From: the human T2T-CHM13v2.0 reference genome, Homo sapiens
Reading direction: 5' to 3' (one strand)
Length of the DNA: 64,000 nucleotides
Assembly (NCBI RefSeq): GCF_009914755.1
Contig: NC_060940.1
Shown: positions 1 to 14,753 of the stretch, piece after piece
Layout of the letters: each line of letters starts with the position of its first letter
How positions within the stretch are numbered: position 1 is the stretch's first letter
Made by a program: the position numbers and the translations under genes
Notes under the pieces: model-generated
Seen by the model: only the letters and a program-made list of their open reading frames with translations
The model's database searches: none
What the model was told of the DNA's origin: nothing

Positions 1-79
1 CATTGCTCCCCATCTGTTCTCCTACAGTACCTTTGCTTGCTACTCATGGAATAATTCTCCCATCGTGTATGAGGTCCTT

Positions 80-205
80 AAGTTAATTTCTCTGTCTCCC
101 GCACTAGAATGTTGGCTTCTTGGAGTCAGAGACCTCACCTGTCTCAGACTCTTCCATGGTCTTAGCATCTCACACAGTGCCTGGCACGTGGTAAGCCTTC
201 AATAT
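80..205 (+). mobile_element. L2 LINE 3' end relic
   Basis: L2 3'-terminal motif cacagtgcctggcacgtggtaagccttcaata, preceded by actagaatgt...agagacc. Confidence 0.55.
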
Positions 206-866
206 AATATTTCAGCAATTCCACTACTGAGTATATAGCCAAGAGAAATAAAATCAGTATGTTGAACAGATATCTGTACCCCCATGTTCACTGAAACGTT
301 ATTCACAGTAACCAAAATATATAATTAACCTAAGTGTCCCCTAAAGGATGAATGAATAAAGACAGCATGGTAGATACACAAAATGAAATACTATTCGCCT
401 TAAAAAGAAGGAAATGTTGTCATTTATGACATGGATGTACTTAGAGGAAATTATGTTAAATGAAATAACCCAAGTGCAGAAAGACAGATATCTCACGATC
501 CCACTTATATGTGGAATCTAAAAAAGTTGACCTTGTAGAAGCAGAGGGTAGGAGACTGTTTACCAGGAGCTGTGAAGGGGGTGGTATGGGATTGGGGAAA
601 TGTTGGTTAAAGATATAAAATTTCAGTTAGACAGGATGAATACATTCAGGAGATCTACTGTGCAGCAAGGTGACTATATTTAATGACAATGTACTGAATA
701 CTTGAAAATTGCTAAGAGAGTTGATTTTAAGTGTTATCACCGTAAAAAATATATGAGGTGATACATTTAATTAGCTTGATTTAGCCATTCCTCAATGTAT
801 TCATATATATAAACATCCTGTTGTATACCATAAATATATACACTTTTTATTTGTCAACTAAAAACA
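206..866 (+). mobile_element. Old L1 (L1MA/L1MB class) 3' end
   Basis: ORF2 C-terminal relic (cagcaattccactactgagtatata...), then the L1M 3'UTR motif cttgaaaattgctaagagagttgattttaagtgt, ending in an A-rich tail. Confidence 0.8.
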
Positions 867-1019
867 GAAATTATTTTGACTCTAGATTTCTTTTCATCCA
901 AGTTTTATTACAAAATTTTCCAAACGTGCAAAAAAGTTGAAAGGTTTAGTACAGTGAACACCACTTAGATTCAATAACTGTTCATATCTTACAGCCTATA
1001 TATTTTAAATAATAGCCAT

Positions 1020-1205
1020 CATTCTTGGGCATTTACTGTATGTCAAGCACCTGCTAGGTGATTTGCAAATATCATTTTTAAAATCCTGAAAAATAGCATA
1101 GAAGATAAGCACTATTATTCTCCCCCATTTTGCTGCTGAGTAAACTGAGACTTAGAGAAGTTACATCACTAAAATCAAACAGGTACTAAGTGTTAGATTT
1201 AAACC
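1020..1205 (-). mobile_element. MIR SINE
   Basis: Reverse MIR core cccattttgctgctgagtaaactgagacttagagaagtta. Confidence 0.6.
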
Positions 1206-1549
1206 GGATCTGGAGTACTGTAGCTGAATTCCGGACTACTGCGTTATAGCACAGTGTGTAACCCCACAACGATATGATGTGCTAGGGGATCCTAGAATTG
1301 TGGGGCTGGGTTATTTCTGAAGAGTCTGAGGCAGCTCCTGCGGGGAGATGACTCCAGAGAGCAACTGAAAGGGAGATGGAGCTGAGACAAGAAATCCACT
1401 GCTGAAGTTTGGTGGCCGATCATCAAAGAGATTAACTCCAACAGCATCTACCCCAACCCCTTTCTTCCTTGCCATACATCTCTGACACTACCATTATTAG
1501 TGACTGGGCTCAGAAGCTTGCCACCTTGTATGATCTGAATTGATCCAGT

Positions 1550-2150
1550 AAAGAATTCTCTGAAAAGCACCATTAAGATGATTTATAGTCTAATTTTGGT
1601 TGCTATAGATTCCAAGTCAGACTTATGACTCGGAAGAGAGGGGGGAAAAATCCCCGCCTCGCTTAGAATTCAGGCAAAGGTTTCAGTATTGATAGAGAAG
1701 CATGACTGGCTGGGGGAAAAAAAAAGTCATATTTTTTTAAAGTTTACAGCTACCACTCCTGGTTTGGGGTTGCTATAGCAACGAAGGGCCTTGGAGGGGG
1801 GCACAGTGTCTGCGGATCTCACTCTACGGAGAGCTGATTGATAGGTCGCCTGAATACTGTTTAGACACTTCTGTGCTAGGAACCAGATAACATTAGTTTA
1901 TTAAAATACACGTTAAAACACCAGTCATCTCTCTTGCCCCAGCATTTTATTTTAATCATTGTTGTTAAGGAATTGTTAACAGGCTACTGATAGGAATGGA
2001 AGGCAAATCCCGTTAGGGAGCTAAACGCCATCTTGCTGGGGCTCGCATGCACAGGCCGGGCGGCAGGCCCATGCAGGGTGCATAATTACGATAATTTGGC
2101 ATGACTGATTGTCTCCCTCTCCCCCCAGCCCAACCCACCCTGGCTTTCCA
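1550..2150. promoter_or_regulatory. Candidate cis-regulatory element with RFX X-boxes and a YY1 motif
   Basis: Non-repetitive. Perfect palindrome GTTGCTATAGCAAC at 1769-1782, X-box-like GTTGCTATAGATTC at 1599-1612, CGCCATCTTG (YY1) at 2026-2035 and a GC-box-like TCCCCGCCT near 1651. Function is inferred from motifs only. Confidence 0.5.
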
Positions 2151-2379
2151 GGGAGTTAGAGGCATGGCTAATCCTCGTAAAGACTTCTGTTCCTGGCTGT
2201 GGAGGGGCTCCGGCTGGGACTGTGCCTAGCTAAGGTCTCCAAATTTCTGTCTTCTCTGTCACTGTGTGACAGCCTGCATGAGTGGCAGTTTGTGCCCCAA
2301 GAAGAGTGTCATCAGGGCCAATGTATATGGCCTGTCCAATGTATCACTGCTTGGGAGATGTGGTCAAGACAAGCTGGGC

Positions 2380-3030
2380 ATGAACCCTGGTCCTGCTACT
2401 TGCTAGATTTGTGACTGAGGAAACCTCTTAAGCCTCTGTTTACCCACCTGGAAATGGGGGTGCTGATATTACTTCCATTTTTTTGGAGCATAAATAAGAC
2501 ATTCCCTTTAGCCTTCTACCTGGAAGAGCTCATTCCTCACAAACCTGATAAGACAGATACTTCAACTCCATTTTGCAGATGAGGAAATTGAGGGTTAGGG
2601 AAGCTCGAGAGCTTGAGGAGCTGCCTAACTCCTACAGTTTGGGGAAGATTCAAGGATGCATGTAAACTGCTTAGCACACTACTTAGTACAGGGTTGGTAC
2701 TCCATCAAAGTTCTTAGGTACATACTATTGACGTTAGTATCATTATCAGTGGTAGAAGGTGAAACGGCTACTCTCATCATCCAAAGCTCCTGCTGGTAAC
2801 ACATGTCTAAGAGCATGAATAATCTTCAAGCACTTGGTGGGCTCTTGTCACTTTTCATGATTGCATTAATCCTCACACCAACCCCATGAGATGAGGAGCA
2901 TCGTTAATGCAGTTCTACAGGTTAAGACCTTGAGGTTCTCAGAGACAAAAATCACTAGCTTGGGGCCCCCCAGCTGGTAGCAGGCATCACTGGGATTTGA
3001 ACCCATGTCTTCATCATTCCAAACCCTGTT
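2380..3030. mobile_element. Cluster of MIR fragments in both orientations
   Basis: Core motifs ccattttgcagatgaggaaattgagg (about 2570), aatcctcacaccaaccccatgag...gggatttgaaccca (about 2870-3005) and gcctctgtttacccacctggaaatggggg. Confidence 0.55.
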
Positions 3031-3242
3031 TGTACCCTTATGTTCTACTGTCAGTGTACCTATATAAAGCCACAGACTGTGCATTCACGTAGGTCTCCTA
3101 TTGTCTTTTATTCAACCCACATGTGATGTGTGAATTTTCTCTGTGTTAATACTGAGCAAGACATTCTCCAGGCTTGGCTTGAATACCTTAAGAGAGTTCA
3201 CTGTAAAATGGAGGCCAACTTCATAGTTAGAAAGTTCTCCCC

Positions 3243-3564
<322 letters not shown>

Positions 3565-3734
3565 TTATGCTAAGCCCGAAGCCCAGCCTGCCCACACTAG
3601 TTCAAATCTCCAGAGCCACAGAGATACAGTATCTTTTCAAGTGCTAGCCCATTGCATATGGGAGAATCATCATCAGGCCCACCTTTTATAAGTTCCCTTT
3701 TGGTTCATCTCTTCATTCTTCCATTCACCTATCC

Positions 3735-4190
3735 GCTGTTATCTAGTCATCCTACAAACATTTATTGAGCTTCTACTGTATGCCAGATACTCATCAGGAA
3801 CAGGGCTGTAGTGCTGAAGGGCACAGGCACAGTTCTGCCTCCAGGTTGTTCACATTTTAGTTGGGGAGAAAGGTACTCAAAACTATTTTTTAATTCATTT
3901 GATTATAACTCTTAAGAATTATAAAGGGGAACAATAGGATTCTAAAGAAGAAATGTAAGGTTCTATGGGAGCCCATCACCAGGACAAGTAGGAATTGATT
4001 TGGCAAGGAAGAATGTTGGAAGGCAACTCAGTCAAGATATACCAGAGGGAAAAGCATTCCAGGGAAAGTGAGCAGCATGTGCAAAGGTCCTGTGGTAAGA
4101 AAGAACTCAGCATGTTTGAGGAACTAAAGAGCAGTGTGTCTGTGGAGAGTGAGTGTGAGAGAGAGGGAGATTCCACTGGAGAATGATGAG
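3735..4190 (-). mobile_element. L2 relic
   Basis: caaacatttattgagcttctactgtatgccaga and agcatgtgcaaaggtcctgtgg are typical reverse L2 motifs. Confidence 0.65.
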
Positions 4191-4336
4191 GTCAGAAAAC
4201 TCCATTCCTTGCCTCTCACTTTGCTTCTCGAACACAGACAGGAGAGTAGGAACTGGATCCTGGATGGAGCCTGAAGGTTGGAAAAGAAGTCAGGCTCTCT
4301 CATATTTCACCTGGACCTCAATCTCTGAATATGTTT

Positions 4337-4935
4337 GTGACAGAATATGTTTGTGCCATTGTCACCTTATTAAGCTGACAACTATGTTTCCCAGAAACTC
4401 CCTCCCTGTAGGGTTTCAGCAGAAAACTGTCCCACAGAGGAACTTGTGGGGAATTTTAAAAGCAGAAGTGAAGCTCAGCCATAGCCCTCAGAACGCCATT
4501 GTGTCTGACTGGTAGAATGGTGGCAGGTGTTCCCAGGAGGCTCTGGCTGGTCCTCACCCTGCTGCATGCCGTGTTTCTAGCTTGCCTTCCTAAACCCTGG
4601 CCCTGCGAACCAAGGAAGCTCCAGGCCACCACCAGATGCTTGGCTGCAGACTCGCAGAAGCGCAGCCACACGCTCTGGATGGTTCTCTGCAGAAATATCC
4701 GCGAGCTCCCCTTTCTGGTCTCACTTCGGCTGGATGTGCTTAGACTCTCCTATTTCCCACTTGGGCCAGTGCTTCAGGCAGGTGGGCTAGTGACTTTTTC
4801 CGAAGCTCCAGCTCCCCCTCCAGACCCCCACTTCCCAGCTCCTTGCACAGGTAGATGCGGTCTAATTCCTGTAACAAATCCTTGCTCTCATAATAATCAT
4901 TATGGCTTTGTTTCCCTGACTGAAGCTTGACCAAC
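4337..4935 (+). mobile_element. ERVL solo LTR, LTR33-like
   Basis: Contains cccagaaactccctccctgtaggg and a 3' end ttcctgtaacaaatcctt...ttccctgactgaagcttgac resembling the LTR33 family (from memory). Confidence 0.5.
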
Positions 4936-4957
4936 ATGCTGGATAACATCATCAATG

Positions 4958-5056
4958 GGAGAGGAAAAGAGAGGAGGGGAGGGAAGAAGACGGGAGAGGG
5001 AAAAGGAAGGGAAAGGAAGGAAGGGAAGGAGATGGAAGATGAGGGAGGGAGGGGGG
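4958..5056 (+). repeat. Purine-rich (GA) low-complexity tract
   Basis: About 100 bp of almost pure A/G. Confidence 0.85.
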
Positions 5057-5079
5057 AACTTCCTATTGAACTTTGAACT

Positions 5080-5955
<876 letters not shown>

Positions 5956-6224
5956 AACTTTCAACTGGTCTACTGAGGTTATCTTCAATTTTCAATTGTC
6001 TTGAGGGACACAAGACAGTTTGTCTTGGGAGCAAGTCACCCTTGCTGGCGGATGGCCTTCATTTGATAATTGAGGTAAACAAGTTTCCACAATGAGAGGT
6101 GAGATGAGAACAGAATTCCAGTTCTTCTTGTTCTTACTTCTGCATTTTCATTCCACACAAGTCCACCCTGTTGGGACAGCCCATTCCATGGCTCTACCCC
6201 ATCATTCAAGGATCAAGACCTAGT

Positions 6225-6760
<536 letters not shown>

Positions 6761-6834
6761 TACAGTAAGTCCAAATTTCTCTACCTGGCTTTTTATCTCT
6801 GAGTCAAGTAAAATATGCAAATGTTAGTCATGGA

Positions 6835-7188
<354 letters not shown>

Positions 7189-7264
7189 TGAGTGCTTCAC
7201 TGCTCTTTTACTTGCATCTTTTTCCTGGATCCTTAAACTGCCAGTGAGGTAGGCACGGCCAGTG

Positions 7265-7748
7265 CTCTTGTTTGGCTATCCCAAAAGCCATTCTCAACCT
7301 GTTTTCCTCTACTTACCTCCTACTATGGAGAGAATAAAGTCAGGCTAGATAGCTGCAGATAGATAGATTCTCCCTGCAGCTCAGAGTCAACATGAGACCC
7401 AGCTTTGTTCCATGAAATAAAAGGGGAGAAATTCCTAAAGAAGAGTGTTTGGGAAGGCGTTAGTTAGTTTCCTGATAAAAAGGACAAGTTGTGTTAGCAC
7501 TTCCCATACTCCTCCTTTCTGCCTTGGAATGTGATTGCAATGGCTGGTTCTGTGGCAGCCATCTTTCACACATAAGGATGAGGAGTTAACAGCTGGGCAT
7601 GGGAGACCGCATGTACAAAAAGAGCCTGAGTTCTTGATAACACCACTGAATTACTCAACAAACCCTGAGATGCATATGTGTCCTTATGTTTTACACCATT
7701 TTTCAACATGTCTTTTACTTGCATATGAAAGCATTCTTAACTGATACC
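7265..7748 (+). mobile_element. Old MaLR LTR (MLT1J/K-like)
   Basis: gcagccatctt, aagagcctgagttcttgat and terminal gcattcttaactgatac. Confidence 0.6.
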
Positions 7749-8189
7749 AGAGGTCTTACTATGCCTATTTACATATGGTGGTGGAGAGGCTCAAAAGGTT
7801 GGGCAAATTGCAAAAGTTCTCACAGCTTTAAAATAGCAGGTTTGAATTCAGTGCCAGATTCTGCCAGTTTCAAAACCCAATCTCTTTACCAAGACCAATG
7901 TTCTGTACTCAATGAACGTAAGTTTCTCTACTTTACCTTCTCTTCTCCATATATTTAAATTCCATTCTGATTTTAGTTCAAGTTCTGGACCCGCCATGAA
8001 TCTTTCCTTGATTAATCCAGTACACAGGGAGCTCCTGCTTCGTTGATCCCTGTTTCTCCATGAAGGCACCACCCTACCGTCTGACACTTAATGGTTTTCC
8101 AGCATTTCAAATGCATTGTACTTTTGACACCACTCCACCGAACCCCCATTATATCACATGTTTCTTAAGGTCAGAGAAGCAAACTCCTA

Positions 8190-8420
8190 TAGGGTAATAG
8201 ATCAGAGGATTTGGAGACTGGTTCAACTCCCGGTTCTTCCTCTTGCCTGTTGTGTGTCTTTGGGGAAAAGTCAGTTCATCTACTATGGTCTCAGTCTGAT
8301 CTATGAAATGAAGGTCATAGCTGCTGCGACGTATTCAGGTGAAACCCATTTGTAAAGCAATTAGCAGAGTACCTGACTTGGAATAGATATTCAAAAATGA
8401 TAGCAACCACTGTTATTACA
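8190..8420 (+). mobile_element. MIR
   Basis: ggttcaactcccggttct...tgtgtgtctttgggg...tctcagtctgatctatgaaatgaagg. Confidence 0.55.
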
Positions 8421-8509
8421 TGTTATATTTCTTGTATACAGTCTTAGTGTGTGGCAGAGTGACAACAAATAGTATGAGTTCGATAGGCAACTGTTAACAG
8501 AATGGTCCA

Positions 8510-8780
8510 TTGACTATTTCATTAAGACCTTACTGAGATGTCATTCTATTCCAGACAATGTGCTAAGTATTTGACTTTAATGATTTTTTTAAAGTCAAAT
8601 AAAATACCCTTGTCTTTGACGCATGAACAGATAACTGTAATACAATGTGACAAATTCAATAATAAAGAAATTCATAGGGTTTTATGGGGACACAGGGGAA
8701 GGGTACTTCTCAAATCCAGGAGGACTTCCAGGAGGAGGTCCCAAGTTGAATCCTAAAGAAGAGAAGAATCTGGATGATGA
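8510..8780 (-). mobile_element. L2 relic
   Basis: gacttccaggaggaggt...gttgaatcctaaagaa and aatacaatgtgacaa reverse L2 motifs. Confidence 0.45.
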
Positions 8781-9741
8781 GTCCTTTTCCAGTCCCCAGA
8801 ACTCTGTTATCCTTGCCAGGAGTAAGTTACAGAAACAGCAGACGAAGAAGTGGCATTTGTGCATCTGTGAGTAGGGACACAGATTCATGTATATGATAAT
8901 TGCTTTTGCATCTTAGGACTTCTATCTAGAGGCTGGATTAGTTAGAAACAAGCTTCCTTTTCAACTTTGCTTTCATTTCAGCTTTTCCTCCTGCGTGGTA
9001 AACATAAAACCCATTCTGTAAGGGCTCTCCTATTTCCTTTTAGGCACGAAGCATATTCTTAGAAGCAGCCTGCCGGGAAACAAAGGTTAATTCTGCAGGG
9101 AATGAATTGCTAAAGCTGCGTTCTTATTTGAAGTTTTGATTTATGGAAGCAACCGTGGGTTTTTCTTTGCTTTGCAAAATTCTTTAATGTCTCCATTTCA
9201 GGCAGATCCGTCGGCGTCACTCCACGCGTGGGCCAAAGTCACTGGCAAGATTTTATTTGACTCTGCTATTCTTAAAAGGCAGGAGACAGGCTTTGTCAGG
9301 ACTCACAGGACCTCTAGCAAGGGATGCTCAGTTGGAAGGCTTCCGTCCCACTAGCCCAGCCATGTACAGGGGGCTGTAAAGTCAGTAGGCAAGAACAAGG
9401 CTAACAGGAGTACTTAAATAAGAGTTCCTGCGGCTGGTGCATTTATGAAATATCAGAAGGTCACAGAAGTCAGCCTCAATTGGTTACTGTGCTATTGAAG
9501 TGCTGTTGTGTTCCAGCTGTGAGCCTCTGACTGGCTCTAGCTGGTCTGTAAGGGAATCAAGGTTGGTCTCAAAGGCCTTCCAAGGTTTTTTATTGTTGTT
9601 GTTCCTATATAAGATATTGCTGTATAACATGGATTGTTTGGTAGGTCTAAGAGGGTATTATGGTCTCCTCTTATTCAATTACGGTATCATATTGATTCAT
9701 TCACTATGTGCCAGGGGTGATCCCAAATAGCACTAGACAAG

Positions 9742-9950
9742 CAGGGCTGCAACATATATTTCTGAAGTTCTTGTACGACATGCCGAAGAAAAGCGAGGGG
9801 TTGAAATCCACTCGTCAAAGCTATGAACCCATGCAACCGGCATCTACCAAGAAGATGTGACTTTTTCTAACCCACCTTTTTGGAGAGGGTGTTTTTTTCT
9901 AATTCACGCAGAGGTGCACAGGAATCTAGTTTAGGCTAGCCTCTACCCTG
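9742..9950 (+). mobile_element. hAT-Tip100 MITE, MER91-like, within an L2 relic
   Basis: CAGGG start, ggggttgaaatcca and ttttctaattcacgcagaggtgc resemble MER91; ends in ccctg. Confidence 0.45.
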
Positions 9951-10344
9951 TCTACAAGATAATCGTAGTTCTTGCACTCATGAAGCTTTTATTCTAGAAG
10001 AGAATGAGGAACAAGCCACAGGTAAAGAGGCAAACTTAAAATATTGAAGATGACTTCATATTAAGTGCAAAAAAATAAATTATTAGTGTGGTGTTAGCAC
10101 AGTGATGGCGGAAGGATGTTACCTTAAATAGTCAATGAAGACATCCTTAATTATTAGCCTATGAGCTCAGACTGAAGGTACAAAAGACCAAGCTAGTGAA
10201 AAGCTAAAGGTCCAAGAGTATTCAAAGAGTCCAACAGTCTAACTACAGGAAGTTGAATGTAGATTTCCCAGGACATTTATTTGAGAGAAGGGGAGCTTCC
10301 CAGTAATAGCAATCGCACTGCATTTCCCTCTAGCTTCTGACATT

Positions 10345-10561
10345 GTTTTTGTGCTCAGAATCAATCGATTCCTTGCTATTCTTGGTGGGCAGAAAGTCTT
10401 TGCAAAACTTGACCTTTCCCAAGTGTTATCAATACAGCTAATAGTGATGCTGTCAGAAATGTCCAACAATCATCACACATCAAGGGGCTTTCTGAGTTCA
10501 GCGCTCTTGGTTCAGAGTTTCTGCTGTCCTTGGAATGTGTCAATGTTTGTTGAAGATTATT
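10345..10561 (+). mobile_element. Fossil Ty3/Gypsy pol (reverse transcriptase) fragment
   Basis: Translates across frameshifts to RINRFLAILGGQKVFAKLDLSQ...QLIV...TIITHQGAF*VQRSWFRVSAVLGMCQ, matching the Gypsy RT motifs (F[AS]KLDL..AY.QL; TI.TH.G.F...RL.FG.S.APG.FQ). Confidence 0.75.
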
Positions 10562-11493
10562 TCTTTACTGAAGTTCAATTATGGTGTCATATTGATTCAT
10601 TTTATGTCTTATATTTTTACATGTTTATGTGTCTGTTTTCACCAATAGGCTGTGGGTTCCCAAGGGGCAGGGGTTCTGTGTCATTTCATTTTGTGCCCCC
10701 CCACAATAAAACAGTGTAGAGTTCAAACAGTTAGTCAAGGCAGTCAATACTTTCATGTCCTATGATGGTCACATAGTCACATGGGGTGTTATTTCAATAC
10801 TTTGCTTAACTGATTGGCAGACTGATAGATGACTAGGAATTTCAAAGTCGCCATCCTAGGGTGATGACCTTCACCTACATATTATAAACAACTTGAGAAT
10901 GAGTCCACGCATTTTTCCCCTACTTGGGTAGTTTGTATATGTGCTGCCCTAACCTGTCTTCTTAAAGGGCCCCCCAAAAATTGACTCTGATAAATCAGTG
11001 AATAATGTAATATTTACTGAAGATTCCATGGGGTAAATATGAGTTTACATTGTGCACCAAAGTTAACAACCTAAAATCTCTTTGATATTTCTTTTAAGGA
11101 AAGCCTTCTCTTCCGTACTGTCTAGAGACTGTGTTTTTCTCTCCCTAATGTCCTAAACAGCCCCCCAACTTCACTGACATCTCTTTTTCCTGACTACATG
11201 GAGCCTTTTTTTGTTCCCAAATCATTTGTCAGAGCTTATCTTCTAAACAACCACTGCACTCTGTTCAAGTGGAGTTTGCATAACAGCTTCTTAGAGAATA
11301 GTCCCCATGTTGATTGGCCTATAGACCCCAAAGTGTTTTGAGCATAATAGATGTTCAATTAACAGCTAACTGAATCAACTATAGCCCAGTGCCATTATGA
11401 TATACTGTGCTATAAAACAAAAAGGGAGAGAGATTCTAATCTTTCTCAGATTCCTCAAGATCTGCTTCATACTTCTGTTGTAAGGGGAGGTAT

Positions 11494-11524
11494 TGCTGAG
11501 CCCTGTCATGCTGAGCCCTGTCAT
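11494..11524 (+). repeat. Perfect 15-bp tandem duplication
   Basis: tgctgagccctgtca x2. Confidence 0.9.
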
Positions 11525-11717
11525 CAGCCAAAAGGCAAACAGAGTTTCTTTAGTCCTAGTCTTGCCAGAATGGGGGTCACTCCGGAATGTTAACCGGTTA
11601 ATAATTCTAAAGGTGCACAACTGTATGTACGTGGGATAAACCACTTCCTACTCAGACACTTTATGGTTTAGGAACTTGTCTAGTGCCAAAAAGCTAATGC
11701 CATTGGGACCCCAGTTA

Positions 11718-12059
<342 letters not shown>

Positions 12060-12353
12060 TTATGACACTTCTCCCAGGCCTCAGATGATTGATCCAGAGT
12101 GGTGCGTGACTCTAGTTAAGAGTCAATCACATTCTCTTTCTCTCTGTCGGATATCTGGAATTGAGGCATGGAGACAGAATTAGGTGCTGAACTGGAAGGT
12201 TCTGTAGACCTCTGTATCAGCAGATGATGGAGCAGAGTTGGACTAAAGAGAAAGGACATGACATGGGCAGAGACATAGTAAGAGTTCCTGATGATTTTAC
12301 AGTTCCCATGATGTCTCCCACATTTGCATTTGTTTCAATGAAATTCCCCCTGA

Positions 12354-12723
<370 letters not shown>

Positions 12724-12819
12724 TAAACCAAACTATCCTGAACTAACCACACCTTGTCACCAAAACAGAGGCAACCAACCCTCCCATGCACCTTGCACCA
12801 GGGGCACCTCTTAACACAT

Positions 12820-12970
12820 TGAATTGGAATTCATGATTTACAGATTTCTCTCTTACCAGGCTGTGAGCAAATTGAAGTCAAGGTCTATGATTTTGTCCCT
12901 ATATCCATCCCTACTATCTAACTCAGCACCAGGGACATAGTAAATGCCTAATAAATGTTTGTTGAATCAA
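12820..12970 (+). mobile_element. L2 3' end
   Basis: gacatagtaaatgcctaataaatgtttgttgaat. Confidence 0.6.
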
Positions 12971-13668
12971 ATTAAAAACAATGTCATCTGCAGAATAAAA
13001 TTAGGTTCCTATCGATTTGTTCTAAGCCCTATTTACCGCAGGAGACCAGGATTCTACAATTAGCTTACAGCCATGCATTTACATCTTGCACCAATCACAA
13101 GCCACTTTGGGGACTCTTTTCTAAAAATAATCCCATTCCTTTAATTATATCACTGCCTCTGGCAGAACCAGATTGCCCTCTGTGGGGGCTTTTGAATGCA
13201 AATGTATGTGTAAGCCTGCGTGTGCAATACTGAACGTCGGTACTAGAGCCATTTTCATTATTCAATAAGCCCTTGACCCACCTCTTCAGACTAATGGAAT
13301 TACACTATTAGTTGTGCTGTCTACTCCTTTCTTTTGTTTTCTTCTGATTACAAGGGTAATGCAATTAGAGATAATTCTACAATGATGTCACAGGTAGCCT
13401 TGGTGTCCACCTCCCCGCCACTGAGAATCAAAATCCATTTACCTACAATATCGTAATCTTGCTCTGCCCCAATTGGTCTTCAGCATCCTTTTAGCCAACG
13501 CTGGTAGGAAGTTCTACAGGAAATATAGCGAAGCCTGCCAGGGTTGCCTCTTCTGCCATTATAAAATGTTACTTGCGGCAAAAGCAAGGGATTATTTTTC
13601 TTATATGCTGTGTAGTTCACCAAAATGGTGCTGATGGTATTTAAAAAACAAAAACAAAAAAACATGAA

Positions 13669-13785
13669 GGCAGGGCATGGTATCTTACGCCTGTAATCCC
13701 AGCACTTTGGGAGGCCATGGTGGGAGGACTGCTTGAGACCAGCCTGCATGATATAGCAACACTCTGTCTCTAGAAAAGAAAAACA
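13669..13785 (+). mobile_element. FLAM (free left Alu monomer)
   Basis: Single left monomer followed by an A-rich tail. Confidence 0.8.
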
Positions 13786-14194
13786 AATTGATAGGGTTAA
13801 TAAATAACAAAAATCCATATTCTAAAACAATAAAGAAACAGTTATGCAAAAGTATGATTTAAAAAGCTTTGACTAGAACTGAATTAACTCTGTAAATAAT
13901 TAGAAGCAATACTGAAAGGTGATCATTTATGTCCACTTACCGTCAATTTTGCCTGGGTATTTCAAAATGAGCTAATAAAAAAATAGTAAAGCATGTTTTA
14001 CACTGTAGTTCTTCTTTGTCATTCTCTCCAAAACCTTAATCTTTATACATTGTAAGATCAAATATCTAAAACACTACATGTATATTATTTTTACAAAAAT
14101 ACATAGAAGTTTGATTCTATCTTAAATTGGATAATTCAGAATTAGATACCGTACCTACTATGCCATTTGATCTACATGTACCTTTTCCTAGAAT

Positions 14195-14358
14195 GGTAGT
14201 TCTCAAACCCCTATTCGTGTTAGAATATCCAGTGAAGCTTTTTAAGTGTTTGCCCTACTCAATTCAATTAAATGTGAATCTCTAGGTATGAGATTCTAAT
14301 GGCATTTCTTAAAGTTTCTCAGATGATTCCAATACACAACCCAGACAGAGAGCCACTG
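14195..14358. mobile_element. MER5-family hAT-Charlie MITE
   Basis: gtagttctcaaac ... gaatctctagg ... agatgattcc ... agagccactg termini. Confidence 0.6.
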
Positions 14359-14383
14359 TCCTCAGAAATGTTTGGGAGTGCAT

Positions 14384-14753
<370 letters not shown>

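Noticed and set aside
10351-10719. 122-aa ORF as a domesticated Gypsy gene
   Set aside because: RT similarity shifts frame after KLDLSQ and the next motif contains a stop; the 3' part of the ORF runs into L2-like sequence.
13175-13190. CTCF-like tgccctctgtggg
   Set aside because: Two mismatches in the core consensus; too weak without data.
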